NCBI GenBank assembly: GCA_038204425.1
Contig: JBBRCZ010000002.1
Span: 160,001 to 224,000 of the forward strand
Direction: 5' to 3'
Source: Spirochaetia bacterium
Lineage (GTDB): Bacteria; Spirochaetota; Spirochaetia; DSM-27196; Salinispiraceae
Length of the DNA: 64,000 nucleotides
Below, piece after piece: positions 61,093-64,000 of this stretch (the stretch's first letter is position 1; every line of letters begins with the position of its first letter). A program made the translations under genes and the position numbers. The notes under the pieces were generated by a model. The model was given only the letters and a program-made list of their open reading frames with translations, did not search any database and was not told where the DNA came from.

Positions 61093-62421
61093 TCACTCAA
61101 AGTATGGTGCCAAATAGTCGTTGAGAAACTTACCCTGAGGGTCCAGGCTTCGGCGAAGTTTGACAAAGTCATGATAGCGAGGATAGAGTTTACTTAGTGT
61201 TTCTGGTGAGGCCTTAAAGCGCTTGGCCCAATGGGGCCGTGCGCCATGATTCAAAAAGACACGTTCCATTACGTCAAAGGACTTGTAGCTGTCGGCAGTG
61301 GCCGGGTTGCGAGTTACACAGCCCATAGTGACGCATTCTTCACTTTGGGCGTTGCCAAGCCAGGCCTTGCTTTTTTTGATAAAGCGTATATCCATCGGTA
61401 TGTGAGTCCAAGACTTCTCTCTCTCAAAAGCTTGTTTGAGTTCCTTAAAACAGGCTGCAAAATCGCGCCTATCGATAGTCCATTCTGCCAGCTCCAAGGT
61501 GCCTGAGCGCGATTTGGTGACGGTGCTTTGATAGAGTGATCCAATTCTACGCACTTCTTTGGAAAAAAAGGTGCGTTGCAGCAAGCGATTTGAGCACGGT
61601 ACGCTAGAAGGTATAACGCCAGCCAAGGCGTATAATCGTTTGGACCAAAGTCTGCGGTAACGATTGAAGACAGGCGGATCAAGTGGCTCAAAGGGTGGCC
61701 TATCGGAAAAAGGCTGGCCCTTGATAACCCACGCCTTGTTGGTGTGGGGTAGCCATAGCATGCGCAAAAAGTCGTAGCTTTGGTAGTTGTCGTCCATGCT
61801 TGCCAGCCATTCGCTGTCGGGCATAGCTTTTTCGACTAGGGCGAGTTGCTTAAGTGCTTCTACTCTAAAACTGACTTGAGTCATGATCCCCAAGAGACCC
61901 AATGATACTCTCAGCGCATCAAGGCTTGCATACAAATCGCTGCTTTGGTTTACCACAACGGTTTGGCCTTGAGCATCGATTAGGGTGACTTCGGTCAAAT
62001 AGTCCGAGAGACTCAAGGCTTGGCGCCCAGTGCCATGCGTACCGGTGGAAACCGCTCCAGCCAAAGTAATCTCATCGATGTCTGGAAGTGCAGCAAATGC
62101 GAGACCGTTTTGCTCCAGGTAAACACAGAGTTGGGCCAAGCTAAGCCCAGCTCCGGCCGTGACAATATTCCTCTCTCCGTTTAAATAAGCTGGTTTGCTT
62201 AAGACGCTGGAGGGTATGTTGTAGCCACTGGAGGCTACTATGTCGGCGCTGGATTTTCCATAGCCCAAGGCGCGTACTTTATCGGCCTTGGCGACGGCTT
62301 GGGCGAGCTCGTCCAGATTGTTGTTGCTTAAGTAACCTTGATGTGGTCGCTTGATACGGCCGTTCCAGCTTGTCCATGTTGTTGTGCCCACTCCGACCTT
62401 CCTCGGATATAAATTAAACAC
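61093..62421 (-). CDS. Aldonolactone oxidoreductase (ALO/GULO-family FAD protein)
   Basis: WTSWNG, TLAGAVSTGTHG, LGLLG, RPHWAK, DPQGKFLN. Confidence 0.85.
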   Translation of the reverse strand: MFNLYPRKVGVGTTTWTSWNGRIKRPHQGYLSNNNLDELAQAVAKADKVRALGYGKSSADIVASSGYNIPSSVLSKPAYLNGERNIVTAGAGLSLAQLCVYLEQNGLAFAALPDIDEITLAGAVSTGTHGTGRQALSLSDYLTEVTLIDAQGQTVVVNQSSDLYASLDALRVSLGLLGIMTQVSFRVEALKQLALVEKAMPDSEWLASMDDNYQSYDFLRMLWLPHTNKAWVIKGQPFSDRPPFEPLDPPVFNRYRRLWSKRLYALAGVIPSSVPCSNRLLQRTFFSKEVRRIGSLYQSTVTKSRSGTLELAEWTIDRRDFAACFKELKQAFEREKSWTHIPMDIRFIKKSKAWLGNAQSEECVTMGCVTRNPATADSYKSFDVMERVFLNHGARPHWAKRFKASPETLSKLYPRYHDFVKLRRSLDPQGKFLNDYLAPYFE

Positions 62422-62424
62422 AAA

Positions 62425-64000
62425 TCAAGGTATAAAAGCCAGTGAGAACCAGGGCACAAAGCTAATCAAAACTACCAAAATTAGCTGGATGAGAAAAAAC
62501 GGTAGAATATCTTTATACAAGTTGGTCATAGGGCGGTTAAAGCGATAAGAAGACAAAAACAAATTGAGACCAACTGGCGGCGTTATAAACCCTAGACTAA
62601 GGTTGGACAAGAAGATAATTCCCAAATGCAAACGACTAATGCCAAAGATATCACCGAGTGGCAAGATTAAGGGCACAATGATGTAGATGGCTGAGTAAAC
62701 GTCCATAATGCAACCGACCAAGAGCAAAATAAGGTTTAGCAGCAAGATGAACATCCATGGCGAGGCGATGCTTGAACGTATCCATTCTACCAAAAGCTGA
62801 GGAAATCCAGTGTCTACAGAATAATACGAAAGTGCGCGAGACATAGCTAGGATGATAAAGACCCCGCCGGCTATAATTGCAGCGCTAGTTAGTGAAGCTT
62901 TGAGCGCATTGATGTTAAGTTCGCGTCGGAAGAGCCCGAGGTAAATCAAGACATAGACCACCGAAAGTGCAGCAGTTTCTACTAAGTTTGCAGCACCTGT
63001 AAACAAAAGCACAAAAATGAGCAGCGGCAAAATCAACTCGCCAATGGCATCGGTAAAGGAACCTTTCTTTTCACTTGAGCTAACGGCTTTATGTTCCTTA
63101 GTACCCGATCTAAACGATTTGTAAATTCCCATGCCAAAGAGTCCTAGCATCAGGATAAGACCTGGCAGTATTCCAGCCTTAAACATATCGAGAATTGAGA
63201 CTTGTGCGGTGGAGGCATAGAGGATTATAGCCAGACTTGGCGGCAAGAGGATGCCAGGACCCGGAGCGGAGGTAATTAAGCCGTAGGAGAAAGTTTCGCC
63301 ATACGACTTATTTTTTAGCAAGACACCAAGTAGTAAGCTGCCTAGTGCCAATATCGTTACGCCACTCGCACCAGTAAAGGTGGTAAAAACAGCCATAGAC
63401 AAGATGGTTACAAAAGCTGTCTTTCCTGTAAATCGGCCACCCGTTTTTTCTATCAATCCTACTATTCGCTGTGGTGACTTGGCGTGCGAAAGTAAAAACC
63501 CGCACAAAGTAAACAAGGGGATGGCAGCAAGAATAGAACCATTGCTAAGTATGCGATAGCTCTCTTCCATAATGATGGAGGCCGAACTTCCAATTCCTGC
63601 AAATAGTACTAGCGAAATACCACCAATAACTTTGTACAAAGGCAGGCCCAAAAAAGCTCCAAACAGTATTAAGATTACAAAAGGCATGGTCAGCCACTCC
63701 ATGGTGGATGTCCAAGCATCTGATAGGCTATTGAACCACTCACTGTCAAAGTTCCCGAGACTTACTAGGGTAAGAATGGAAGGCAAGGTGAGAATGGCGC
63801 CGACGATAAACGTACTGATGGTAGCAAAGAGCTTCCACCAGAGCACCTGCCCTTTGCTTATGGTTTGTTTTAGTTCTATCAAGTAGATAAACAAGAAACC
63901 AAGCGGCATGCTCATTGCGACGACCGTCAAAGGTATTCCAAACAATTCTTCGTCGGGTCCAAACGCTAACAAGGCAAAGCACAATGAGGCCCAAAAGAGT
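62425..64000 (-). CDS. TRAP transporter large permease (DctM, probably DctQM fusion), 5'-partial
   Basis: AIPLF, GILLPPS, GFITPPVGLNLF. The frame is open to the window end. Confidence 0.88.
   Translation of the reverse strand, partial: LFWASLCFALLAFGPDEELFGIPLTVVAMSMPLGFLFIYLIELKQTISKGQVLWWKLFATISTFIVGAILTLPSILTLVSLGNFDSEWFNSLSDAWTSTMEWLTMPFVILILFGAFLGLPLYKVIGGISLVLFAGIGSSASIIMEESYRILSNGSILAAIPLFTLCGFLLSHAKSPQRIVGLIEKTGGRFTGKTAFVTILSMAVFTTFTGASGVTILALGSLLLGVLLKNKSYGETFSYGLITSAPGPGILLPPSLAIILYASTAQVSILDMFKAGILPGLILMLGLFGMGIYKSFRSGTKEHKAVSSSEKKGSFTDAIGELILPLLIFVLLFTGAANLVETAALSVVYVLIYLGLFRRELNINALKASLTSAAIIAGGVFIILAMSRALSYYSVDTGFPQLLVEWIRSSIASPWMFILLLNLILLLVGCIMDVYSAIYIIVPLILPLGDIFGISRLHLGIIFLSNLSLGFITPPVGLNLFLSSYRFNRPMTNLYKDILPFFLIQLILVVLISFVPWFSLAFIP

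Noticed and set aside
87..63994. Numerous short antisense and overlapping ORFs in the ORF track
   Set aside because: Shadows of well-supported genes with no recognisable motifs.
1..64000. CRISPR array, cas genes or rRNA
   Set aside because: No regularly spaced repeats, Cas motifs or rRNA-like sequence seen.

Overview
Chromosomal window from a spirochaete-like bacterium (phylum Spirochaetota). The assignment is inferred from the prfB-cheY-PEGA-ftsY-lolCDE gene order, the short AlaRS, a stand-alone FliG paralog and a LacI-sensor GGDEF protein. Most of the window is core genome: hisS (partial), pcnB, a divergent rnfC-D-E-A operon with a GH57 gene, prfB with its programmed +1 frameshift, ftsY, lolCDE-like ABC genes, mcsA-mcsB-clpC, hrpB, signalling genes, an Rsb-type partner-switching operon containing an orphan pstB, rbgA, sulP, htrA, fliG, alaS, an aldonolactone oxidase and a partial TRAP permease. 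An AT-richer, decaying accessory island of about 8.5 kb (43897-52443) abuts the 3' end of tRNA-Arg(CCT). It holds IS3, IS21 and tyrosine-recombinase remnants, a ppk2 plus flavin disulfide reductase cassette, three paralogs of an HRxxxPA-motif family, and an intact 332-aa ORF that aligns by eye along its length with the replication-fork-trap protein Tus. The Tus-like ORF is the most unexpected item. Other notable points are the loss of conserved cofactor and ion residues in the Rnf membrane subunits, a probable McsB pseudokinase and two ORF-free terminated RNA candidates. No CRISPR array or rRNA was seen. All homology calls are by motif recognition from memory; no searches were run.
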